64,000 bases of DNA from a virus: IMG/VR virus record IMGVR_UViG_3300048609_000070, one strand, 5' to 3'. The position numbers and the translations under genes were made by a program. The notes under the pieces were generated by a model. It was not told the origin of the DNA. It saw nothing but the letters and a program-made list of their open reading frames with translations, and made no database searches. Positions 21,230-29,399 of this stretch are shown piece by piece. Numbering within the stretch: position 1 is the first letter of the stretch; every line of letters starts with the position of its first letter.

Positions 21230-22560
21230 TCCTCCTAAAGAGCGCGCTCTTGGGCAAGGAGACTGCCGTCTTTAGGCAGCAGAGGAATTGCCATTTTCCT
21301 TTCTGTTAGGTATTGACACACACCAGAGAAGTATCTATACTTGACGCCATGAAGCTCGTTGCGAACATCAAGTTGAAACCGACGCAGGAGCAAGCAACTA
21401 TCCTCAAGCAAACCATTGAAGTATCCAACGAAGCCTGTAATTATCTGTCTAATCGTGCTTGGACCACGAAGACATTTGGTCAGTATGCCCTGCATAAATT
21501 GGCATACCGCGAAACCAAAGAAAGATTCAAGCTTACTGCTCAGGTTGTTGTACGATCTATTGCCAAGGTTACCGATGCCTATAAGCTGGATATAAAGACT
21601 AAACCGTACTTCAGGAAATATTCTGCTCAACCCTATGACGAACGGATTATTAGATTTTCTAAAGACGATATCGTTTCGATCTGGACTATTGCTGATCGTC
21701 AAAAGATACCGTTTGTGATGGGCGAGTACCAACGCAAGTTGTTTTTCTTCCGCAAGGGAGAAGTTGACCTGATGATGATCGACGATGAATTTTACCTTGC
21801 TTGCGTCTGCGACATCAAGGACCCCGAGCTTATCCAGACCAATGATATTCTTGGAGTAGACTTTGGTATAGTCAACCTTGCTGCCGACTCCAATGGGAAA
21901 AACTACAGCGGAAAAGCAATCAACAAGAACAGATGCAAATTTTCTCACCGCAGAAGAAATCTTCAAAAGAAGAAAACCAGATCCGCCAAACGGAAGCTTC
22001 GGGGTATGTCTAGACAGCAAGAACGCTTCCAGAAGGATACCAACCACGTAATCTCGAAAGCAATCGTTGCAGATGCTAAACGCACCGTCTCTGCTATCGC
22101 TCTTGAGGATCTTCGCGGTATCAGAAAACGGGTAACGGCCAGAAAGCACCAGCGGGCGCGGTTGTCGAACTGGGGCTTCGCCCAGTTGCAAGCCTTCGTG
22201 ACGTACAAAGCGAAGAAGATGGGAATACCCATTATTCTTGTAGATCCTAAGAATACTTCTCGGGAGTGCCCTAAGTGTGGACATATCGACAAGAAGAATC
22301 GAAAGACAAGGGATGAGTTCGTTTGTATCAAGTGCGGTCTTGCTGGACCCGCTGATACAATTGCGGCATGGACAATTCGTTCCAGGGCCAGGGCTGCTGT
22401 CAATCAGCCGATGGTTTCGAGTGTTTGTGCAAGCTTGCATGACCTCTCAGAAACAAGCCGCCCGCTTTAGCTGGCGGTTATTGACAACCAACAGGTTACT
22501 CCGTTTTCTTCGGGCTGTCAAGCACTTTTTTCGGCTATCCGCGATCTGGTCCCGTCTTTT
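21230..22560 (+). mobile_element. IS605-family (IS1341-like, tnpB-only) insertion; ends approximate
   Basis: tnpB flanked by hairpin-rich subterminal sequences. Candidate omega-RNA region with hairpin CCGCCCGC...GGCGG at about 22470-22560. Lies between rmlC and rmlD. Confidence 0.5.
21313..22470 (+). CDS. tnpB: IS200/IS605-family TnpB (RNA-guided nuclease), catalytic motifs intact
   Basis: 385 aa. RuvC-I ILGVDFGIVNLA. RuvC-II AIALEDLRGIRK. Zn finger CPKCGH...CIKCG. RuvC-III PADTIAAWTI. Confidence 0.85.
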   Translation: MTHTREVSILDAMKLVANIKLKPTQEQATILKQTIEVSNEACNYLSNRAWTTKTFGQYALHKLAYRETKERFKLTAQVVVRSIAKVTDAYKLDIKTKPYFRKYSAQPYDERIIRFSKDDIVSIWTIADRQKIPFVMGEYQRKLFFFRKGEVDLMMIDDEFYLACVCDIKDPELIQTNDILGVDFGIVNLAADSNGKNYSGKAINKNRCKFSHRRRNLQKKKTRSAKRKLRGMSRQQERFQKDTNHVISKAIVADAKRTVSAIALEDLRGIRKRVTARKHQRARLSNWGFAQLQAFVTYKAKKMGIPIILVDPKNTSRECPKCGHIDKKNRKTRDEFVCIKCGLAGPADTIAAWTIRSRARAAVNQPMVSSVCASLHDLSETSRPL

Positions 22561-23113
22561 CTGTAAATGGCTGATATTCTTGGTCTTTTTTAGACAGCTT
22601 GATATTCGCGTCCCTGATCGGCCACTCGATTCCGATTGCTGGATCATTGTAACGAATTCCATCCTCGTCTTCGGGGTGGTAGACCTCTGAGCACATGTAA
22701 CTGAGTATCGTGTTCTCCGAGAGCGCAAGGAACCCGTGTGCAAAGCCTTCCGGGACGTATAGGATAGCCATCTCTTTGTCAGACAGGGTGCCCCACCACT
22801 TCCCTGCGGACAGGTAGGTCCCCCACCACTTTCCTTGGGTTTCCCCTGGACGGATGTCTACCACCACATCAAAGGCCCTTCCCTGGAGGACCGTCACGAG
22901 CTTTGCTTGTGGGTATTTTTTTTGGAAGTGCATACCTCGAAGAGTCCCCCAACAAGAAATCGATACATTATTCTGGACAAAATTTTGGTCCCCAAGGACA
23001 TCCTTCAAAGCTAATTTATGATAGGTCTCCATGAAAGTTCCACGATCGTCCCTGTGGATTTGCGGCAGGAGGAGCTTAACTCCATCAAGAGGAGTTTCTT
23101 GTATTGTAAACAT
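22535..23113 (-). CDS. rmlC: dTDP-4-dehydrorhamnose 3,5-epimerase (probable start at MFTIQETPL)
   Basis: RmlC cupin signature: ..RG.H.Q...QAKLV.V..G...DV.VD.R..S..GKW.G..LS......L.VPEGFAHGF. The ORF track extends the N-terminus to 23260. Contains a 30-bp in-frame tandem duplication (GKWWGT x2). Confidence 0.8.
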   Translation of the reverse strand: MFTIQETPLDGVKLLLPQIHRDDRGTFMETYHKLALKDVLGDQNFVQNNVSISCWGTLRGMHFQKKYPQAKLVTVLQGRAFDVVVDIRPGETQGKWWGTYLSAGKWWGTLSDKEMAILYVPEGFAHGFLALSENTILSYMCSEVYHPEDEDGIRYNDPAIGIEWPIRDANIKLSKKDQEYQPFTEKTGPDRG

Positions 23114-23114
23114 G

Positions 23115-23537
23115 TCAGTAAAGTTCTTGATCTCTCGTTGGAAGTGGCGGTGGTTGCTGCTTTTTGACAGGAGCTGCTGGCATAGTAGCGGGCAAACTTG
23201 GAAGGATCCCTGCTGCAGAAAGACGTTCCTGGAGATACGTCTTGAGCTCCGGGATTCCATAGTTTAGCATTGCTTCAAATGTTGCCCAATAGTAGGAATT
23301 ATCGAGTTCTGCGTAAACAGTAAGTAATTCTTTTCCGGTTCCAGGAATAAAACTTGTCCAATCAAAGTCGAAAGAGAAGAGGACTTCAATGGCGTCTCCT
23401 GCACGGAGATTTTCATTGAAGATTTTAGATCCTTCGCCACCTTCTTCATAGTAATGTTTAGAGATGTTTAGGTTGACTTCTCGGTAGGCAGGATCGTCGC
23501 CGCCCAGTTGTGCCAAGATTTTTCGGAGTAGCAGCAT
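23115..23537 (-). CDS. hypothetical protein
   Basis: 140 aa ORF. Its stop overlaps the rmlC start. Confidence 0.4.
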   Translation of the reverse strand: MLLLRKILAQLGGDDPAYREVNLNISKHYYEEGGEGSKIFNENLRAGDAIEVLFSFDFDWTSFIPGTGKELLTVYAELDNSYYWATFEAMLNYGIPELKTYLQERLSAAGILPSLPATMPAAPVKKQQPPPLPTRDQELY

Positions 23538-23594
23538 TCTTTCCTCCTCATAGCTAGTAATACTATGGGAAGAGGAAAGATAGTAAGATTTTGT

Positions 23595-24062
23595 TTAGGA
23601 ATTCTTCAGTAGATCAATGAGCTTTTCTGTTACCACGAAGTTGAATTCGTCGTAATATTTTACGTCCGTCACTGTTGTACGTTTGCTATGTTGATCTATG
23701 GATAGACTGGTTTTTCCTTTATTTGTGTGGAGTATTAAGAAGAACGTGTGATTACTAAAGATGAATTTAATCGACGTAATCCAGACATAATATGAAATTG
23801 CCCGTTCTACAAATGTAATGAATTCTGTAGGGATGTCACTTTGCGTTTGTTTTGTGGCGTCAGAAAGATAATCAAAAAATTTTTTTAGATTCTGCTCTTT
23901 GTCTTGGGTGAGATCACAGGTATTTTTCAAGAGTTCCTCCTTTGCGGGTACTAACGATGACGGTGATTCTAAATACGAAAAAGGACATGTCAATCCTGAA
24001 ATCTTTCGGATGTGTTGGGAAAAGTCGAATCGACCGACAGCACACTGGCAGTTAGAAGACAA
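23595..24062 (-). CDS. hypothetical protein
   Basis: 155 aa ORF. Confidence 0.4.
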   Translation of the reverse strand: MSSNCQCAVGRFDFSQHIRKISGLTCPFSYLESPSSLVPAKEELLKNTCDLTQDKEQNLKKFFDYLSDATKQTQSDIPTEFITFVERAISYYVWITSIKFIFSNHTFFLILHTNKGKTSLSIDQHSKRTTVTDVKYYDEFNFVVTEKLIDLLKNS

Positions 24063-24479
24063 TGCTGATAAAGCCGAAAGTGATTAGTCTGTATACTGAG
24101 TGGGATCACGACGTTCGAGACATTGGTGTCCATTCTTTATTTTTCTTGTACGTGATTTTCAACCTGCGTCCGTTTGTGGACGTCCTACCGTCCAGGGCCT
24201 TCGTCCGCCATCCCCCTTTGAAAAAACCTTTATGCTAGTCCTCTGGACCCCCACCCATGATGGTGGACCTTGTTGATGTGTCCGTCGAGATCATGACGTC
24301 CTGGATCATCTCATCGTGGCAGCCTAGTCTAGAGGGACGGCTAGACAGGGCTGTCTGTAACATCGTAATACAGCACCAGAGGTTGTCGCCGGTCACGCCA
24401 ACCGACGACGAGGGACATCCTCCGGGATCGAAGGGTCGTCTAGAGCCTTCAGACTGTATTGTAGCGATGTTCTCTGGGA

Positions 24480-24790
24480 AGTCAACTTAAATTTTTGGCT
24501 GGTCATGATCTATTGTCCCCGCTTCCAGTACTCCCGGTCCCGCAATCTGATGGAGCAGTGGCGCTGTCCCAGGTCCTATACCTGTGTCGCAGCATCGTCC
24601 CTGTCTATGTTTCGCCGGGTCTCGTCCCTGTGTGTCCCGTATGTCACTGGTGGTCCCGTTATGGCGTCTTCAGCCCGCCGAGCGTACAGTCTAGTCCGAG
24701 AGCTCCTTTTAGTATGGGTTGTCCCACCGGTTGATGTCTCGGTTCGTCCCAGACCGAAGCCTTCAGTTTGTCCCTTACACGTCCCTGTCT
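24480..24790. repeat. GTCCC-motif array (about 12 copies at 10-30 nt irregular spacing) downstream of the Cas12-like gene
   Basis: GTCCC recurs (GTCCCCGC.., GTCCCGCAAT.., GTCCCAGG.., GTCCCTGTC.., GTCCCGTATG.. etc.). The plus strand is pyrimidine-rich. No convincing ORF. Confidence 0.6.
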
Positions 24791-27700
24791 CAACCTAAAC
24801 TTTGATAACTTTTTGCTTCGACTGCTTTCCAGAAGACCGCGGCTTGAACCCACACGCTCGGGTCGAAGAATGTTCCGGAGGGGTCACGGAAGAGGACCAT
24901 CTTGTTTTTCTCGTTGATTTTGACATCTATCTTTTTTGTAGCCATCGCCGTGTACGTCCCATTACCGTCCTTCTTGAAAAATTCAACAGCATCACTCTTG
25001 AAGTGTCCCTGCAGAATTTTTCCGAGCTCCAGGTTCAGTAGGTGTCCGTCTGTCTCGTATGCCACAGCGCGTACAGGATTTGCACTCCCTGTCAAATAAT
25101 TCATACCGTGATTTTGAGCAGCGTTGACGTCAACGTGGATCCGTGACCCGTCGCTTGTGACAAGGTATGGCCCTCCAGGAACTGGAATCAAATCCCGTCG
25201 CTTCAGCTGTAGCAAGTCTAGCTTAGCCTCTTTTACGAATGGTCGGAGCCAATGTCCTTGCGTTTGGATCGCATTTACTTCCTCGTCACTCTTTATTTCG
25301 TAGCATGCAATCCCTGGCGTTCTTGTCCCAGCGCTAAAGATTGAGGAGAAAGCAACGGGTGCTTTGCCAATGGCAAAGCCTTCGGCTTTGGCCCTTCGTT
25401 CGATTTCTTGTGCAATAGAGCGGTGACTCCATTGTGCAAGACGGACGTTTTCCTCAAGGTCCTGATCCTCGGTGATTCTATATCGTGTCAAGTCACCGAG
25501 GACGATAATATCCACAGGAGTATACGTATGACTCCAACTTTTATTTGAATAGGTATTTCCTTTTGCCGCCTCAATTATAAATGCTGTGAGCGTCTTGATC
25601 CGATCCATCTTCAAGTTCTGGATATGGACCAATAATCGAGATGCTACCACGCCTTGGGTAGACTTTTCCATCCGGCGAACTGGATAGTCAGGGCGAGAAT
25701 GCCGATCCCACGCTCTGATGAGATCTCGCGTTTTCTCCAGATAAGCAATCCGCCATATGGACTTTCCTCCAAGAGTCATCTTCTCCTGTCGCCAATCGTG
25801 AATATCCTTGGCGATGCGTGTTTCCTCCTCGAAATAGATTGGGCGCATGATTCGTTCCCAATTCTCGTGGGGGCAACCATATAGGATGCTCAACTCTCTA
25901 TGCACATCTTTATCGAGCTTTCCTCTCATCCCATTGAGGAGCTCTTTCCTTACTTCAGGATCTTGTGTCCCGTGCAATTGCCTTAAACCTGATAGTTTAT
26001 CGAGTTCCCTCCCAATGCGCCATAACCGCTCTTGCGCTTCCTTGCGTCCTTCGATCGCTTTCTCTGCGGGCATACGCAGCAAAAACGTCTGCTCATGGTG
26101 GATCTTGTGCCCTTCGACAGACCATAGCGGGTCTGTGCTTTTTTCTGCCCCGACCTCGAAAATTGAGCATGTGGCTGACACTCTAATGCCCAGGTGGACT
26201 GCCATGATTCGAATGCCAGGGACGATAGGAGATTTTTTCTCCGCAGATCTTGTAATTTTGCTCTTTGAAAGATACCTTGCAATGTCTCTGCGATCGACCG
26301 TAGGAATTTTTGTCTTGTGCTCCTCGGTCTCTACATTGACCGAGAGCATCAAGTAGGCCATGGCTCCGGGTCGTCCATCTCGGAGCTTCCAGGCACTTGT
26401 CGGATCGGACACGAATCGAGGTGATAAGATGAGAGACGCTCCTCCGGCAATGCTGACTTTTCGTTGGATATTGTCTTGCGATTCATACGATAGATACTGC
26501 TTTTTCTTGTCGTCCCACATTTTGAGCAGACGCAATTGGTATGTTGGTGCAATCTGGAAAAAGAATTTACGAATGCAGACCCCATCTGAATCCTTAGAAA
26601 ATAACGGCAGATCTACACAGAGTCCCTGTTCATTTTGTTTGAGCGTATAAGGCGGGTTGTTTCGATTTGAAAGTCCCGAAAATAGGGTGAATCTCGGATG
26701 GGTCTCTGCATCCGGAAAAGTGAGCATTGGGAGTTCTTTTGCTTCCTGAATCTTTTTTAATACCTTGTTTTTCTTTGCCCAATGAAAAACAGCATCCGGG
26801 TCGTCGAAGGCTTCTTTGGCGAGGTCAAGTAAGATGGTGGATCCGTGGTCCCCAGCTTGTACAATTCTTTCTCTTTGGTCCGTGATACCTTTAAGCTTTT
26901 TCCAATTTTTTATCTCTCGCTCAGTGATGAGATAGGCAGATTTTTCTGCCCAATTTCCAGCTCTTTTGATCTGTTCTTCCCTTTTCTGTTCAATACAGAT
27001 CAGAGTCTGCGAGTCCCTTTCGCTATACGGATTTCCTAATTTTTCCAGTTCTGCCTCTAGATCTTGTGTCCGTGCTGTGAGATTATGCCGCCAGCTTTCC
27101 CAGGAATTGAGATGTCCAACGGCGAGGGTGAAAGCCATACGCTCGTAGGCTTGCAGAGCTGTGGTCCCTAAAATGTCAAAGAGGAATGGATCAGCAAGTG
27201 GAAGCGCCCCGAGTGAACGGATCTCGCTCACCAGCGAATCCATTATCAATTTTTCTTTATTGGATGCAACGTACTTTGTTGCTGCATCTTTCCAGCCGGG
27301 ATCTCCTGTCTTGAACAGAGTCAGCCAATGTGCTTCCCTGCCGACTGAAGGTCCCATGAAAAGGGAATTATTCTTGATCTGATCTTCCAGGTTGGATTCA
27401 CTATCCATTATTCGCTGGAGGGTCCGAACGAGATTTGCCGCGTGAGATCCTCCTTGGGATTCTTTCTGCACGAGGAGGCCCTGGTAGCCTCGGACTTCAT
27501 CGGCAGATCCAGAGCCGCCCTCGCGGTAGGACTCGACATAATAAGGATAGAGCTCCTTTAATAAGGAGCAGCATCTATCAATATTTTTTACTTTGCGTTC
27601 CTTGAGCTTTGCCTGCAATCGGGACGTCCATTCGGAGCCCGGGACAGTCTCTTTTTCGAGCCGGACGTCATCCTGACGAATGGTCACGAGCATCTTTTCA

Positions 27701-27813
27701 TAGAAACGCACCATGTCGTTCACGATCTGATGCGTATACGCTAGAGCTCTTGCCCCATCAGTATTGGATTTTCTTGGAACGTGAAGTTTTAATCGTATAG
27801 CTCTTGTGTCCAC
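24790..27813 (-). CDS. Cas12b (C2c1)-like type V effector homolog, predicted nuclease-dead (GTG start)
   Basis: 1007 aa. RuvC-I region IMAVHLGIRVSATCSIFEV matches Cas12b ..SVDLG.R.SA..SVF.V but has His in place of the catalytic Asp. RuvC-II IIVLGDLTRY compared with Cas12b ILLEELSEY. Cas12b-like RLAQWSHRS. FSSIFSAGTRTPGIACYEI compared with FSSRFDARTGAPGIRC. RuvC-III HVDVNAAQNHG is retained. RBS GAGGGAG upstream of GTG. Confidence 0.75.
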   Translation of the reverse strand: MDTRAIRLKLHVPRKSNTDGARALAYTHQIVNDMVRFYEKMLVTIRQDDVRLEKETVPGSEWTSRLQAKLKERKVKNIDRCCSLLKELYPYYVESYREGGSGSADEVRGYQGLLVQKESQGGSHAANLVRTLQRIMDSESNLEDQIKNNSLFMGPSVGREAHWLTLFKTGDPGWKDAATKYVASNKEKLIMDSLVSEIRSLGALPLADPFLFDILGTTALQAYERMAFTLAVGHLNSWESWRHNLTARTQDLEAELEKLGNPYSERDSQTLICIEQKREEQIKRAGNWAEKSAYLITEREIKNWKKLKGITDQRERIVQAGDHGSTILLDLAKEAFDDPDAVFHWAKKNKVLKKIQEAKELPMLTFPDAETHPRFTLFSGLSNRNNPPYTLKQNEQGLCVDLPLFSKDSDGVCIRKFFFQIAPTYQLRLLKMWDDKKKQYLSYESQDNIQRKVSIAGGASLILSPRFVSDPTSAWKLRDGRPGAMAYLMLSVNVETEEHKTKIPTVDRRDIARYLSKSKITRSAEKKSPIVPGIRIMAVHLGIRVSATCSIFEVGAEKSTDPLWSVEGHKIHHEQTFLLRMPAEKAIEGRKEAQERLWRIGRELDKLSGLRQLHGTQDPEVRKELLNGMRGKLDKDVHRELSILYGCPHENWERIMRPIYFEEETRIAKDIHDWRQEKMTLGGKSIWRIAYLEKTRDLIRAWDRHSRPDYPVRRMEKSTQGVVASRLLVHIQNLKMDRIKTLTAFIIEAAKGNTYSNKSWSHTYTPVDIIVLGDLTRYRITEDQDLEENVRLAQWSHRSIAQEIERRAKAEGFAIGKAPVAFSSIFSAGTRTPGIACYEIKSDEEVNAIQTQGHWLRPFVKEAKLDLLQLKRRDLIPVPGGPYLVTSDGSRIHVDVNAAQNHGMNYLTGSANPVRAVAYETDGHLLNLELGKILQGHFKSDAVEFFKKDGNGTYTAMATKKIDVKINEKNKMVLFRDPSGTFFDPSVWVQAAVFWKAVEAKSYQSLG

Positions 27814-27839
27814 GGATTTCTCACTCCCTCATTTATTTG

Positions 27840-28365
27840 GTCTCTTTTACCGTATCTGCATCAGTATTCCTTTGTCTCTAGCTTCTTTGTCGTGCTCCGG
27901 ACATTGCGTCTCGTTCTCTTTCTGTCTCTTTTTTCCGTTGGGCTGTTCGACCCGTCTCTTATCGTAGTAAATTTTTATCACCTGTCTCTTTTTTCTTTTG
28001 TTTCAAGAGGTCTCTTTTTTCCATCTTTTGTACGATAATCTACTGGTTGTATGCCGCCACGCCAGCGACATACGAGAGACATCCAGTAGGCCCCCTGGGT
28101 CGTGTAGAGCCAGGTTAGTAGATCGTACTTTATATCTCTGAATTTCAAAGAACTCTGCGCGAGTATTGTATCTTTCCCATCCATTGCCTCGTCTGTCTCA
28201 CCCCAAACCAAAAATCGCTTTCGTGTCTATTTCCGTTTTCCTCGATGTCTCAGTCCCAGCAACAACCGGCTGGGGACACGTCTCATTATTCACTCGTAAC
28301 ACTAGGCTCCAGTCTCTTTTTCGCTTTAGAGTAGAAGTTCTCATCCGGTCTCGTAATTGCCGTCT
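27840..28365. repeat. GTCTC-motif array 2 (about 18 copies; extended form GTCTCTTTTT(T)C) between the promoter and the Cas12-like start
   Basis: The plus strand is almost pure pyrimidine except G in GTCTC. Motif spacing 14-45 nt. No stop codons on plus only because of A-depletion. Transcribed on the minus strand from the promoter at 28374-28401. Confidence 0.65.
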
Positions 28366-28373
28366 CAGTATCA

Positions 28374-28401
28374 ATTCTAGCATGCCCACTTTTTTTGTCA
28401 A
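28374..28401 (-). promoter_or_regulatory. consensus sigma70 promoter (minus strand): TTGACA-16nt-TAGAAT with AT-rich UP region
   Basis: RC of 28374-28410 reads AATTAATTTTTCTCTTGACAAAAAAAGTGGGCATGCTAGAAT. Near-identical to the promoter at 30343-30370. Confidence 0.6.
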
Positions 28402-28618
28402 GAGAAAAATTAATTTACCGTAGGTTGAGTTTTTCCATGCGCGATGTCCTCGTCTTTTTCCTTCTCGTCTCTTTTTCTTTTCTCCATGCCGCGAAGCATA
28501 ATGTGCTTTTTTATGATCTCCTGCTCCTTCCTAGACCAGTAATGCTCTCGCATATGCCAGGCAATCCACAGAAGGATTGAGAAATGAAACAGCATGTTAA
28601 AGAAAGATTCCCACGAGG

Positions 28619-29395
28619 TCATGTGTTCCTCTCTGCTTGCATAGGGTCTCTTTGCATCCTCTCCAGCAGTCCGTAATATGCGGAGGCTAATCCACATTGG
28701 TCGCAAAGTTGAGTGAGTCCGACAGTCTCTATGATACTTTTTGTGCTTTCAAAAACACTCCCAATTTCCGTGCAGCTAGAGCATTCTCCGATTCTTATTT
28801 TTCCATTGACATCGATCATAGGAGAACACATTTTTCCAATTCTTTGTAATGTTCGGATCATAGTAACAAAATTCGCTTCCCGGAATTGCAATGCGAAAAG
28901 ATGAACGTTAGCGCAATGCGGAAAAACACGTTCACTTTTTGTATAGTTCTTTTTTGCTCGTCCTAAAAGTGTGATGCTAATCCCATCCTCGAAAAGTTGA
29001 GTGTTGGGGAGAGTCTCTAGCTTGAGATTTGCATGTATCACATGATAATTGGGGTAATATTTTGGGTGCGTCCTGATTTGCAAGCGTATGTTGGTAGTGG
29101 TCAGAAGATCCAACATATTGCGGTATTTTTCTTGGTCTGTATAGAACGAACCGTTACTCTGGATCATGATATCAGATTCAGGGAATACTTTACTGACGAT
29201 CTTGGCCCATGAAAAAAAGGAAGGGTGAAGTGTCGGTTCTCCACCTGTAATCTGGATTAAAATCGGTTTGACCTTCCGCAGCAATTTTAATGTAGCTGCA
29301 AAAGTCTTTTGCTCCATGTGCTCCCCGGAAGGATTTGCATCCTCCATGCAATGCGAGCAATTTTCAAGGCATCGGTTTGTAATTTTTACGAGCAT
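28619..29395 (-). CDS. radical SAM enzyme with C-terminal extra Cys cluster (twitch/SPASM-like)
   Basis: 258 aa. CxxxCxxC (CLENCSHC). GGEP motif (ITGGEPTLHP). C-terminal CSPM...GECSSCTEIG...CDQCG. Confidence 0.7.
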   Translation of the reverse strand: MLVKITNRCLENCSHCMEDANPSGEHMEQKTFAATLKLLRKVKPILIQITGGEPTLHPSFFSWAKIVSKVFPESDIMIQSNGSFYTDQEKYRNMLDLLTTTNIRLQIRTHPKYYPNYHVIHANLKLETLPNTQLFEDGISITLLGRAKKNYTKSERVFPHCANVHLFALQFREANFVTMIRTLQRIGKMCSPMIDVNGKIRIGECSSCTEIGSVFESTKSIIETVGLTQLCDQCGLASAYYGLLERMQRDPMQAERNT

Positions 29396-29399
29396 GGGT

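Noticed and set aside
21235-22440. 401-aa minus-strand ORF antisense to tnpB
   Set aside because: It is fully overlapped by a TnpB gene with clear catalytic motifs on the other strand. It is a typical antisense shadow ORF.
28410-28706. 98-aa minus ORF overlapping the 3' end of the radical SAM gene
   Set aside because: It overlaps the radical SAM coding frame by about 90 nt and extends into array-like pyrimidine-skewed sequence. Likely spurious.
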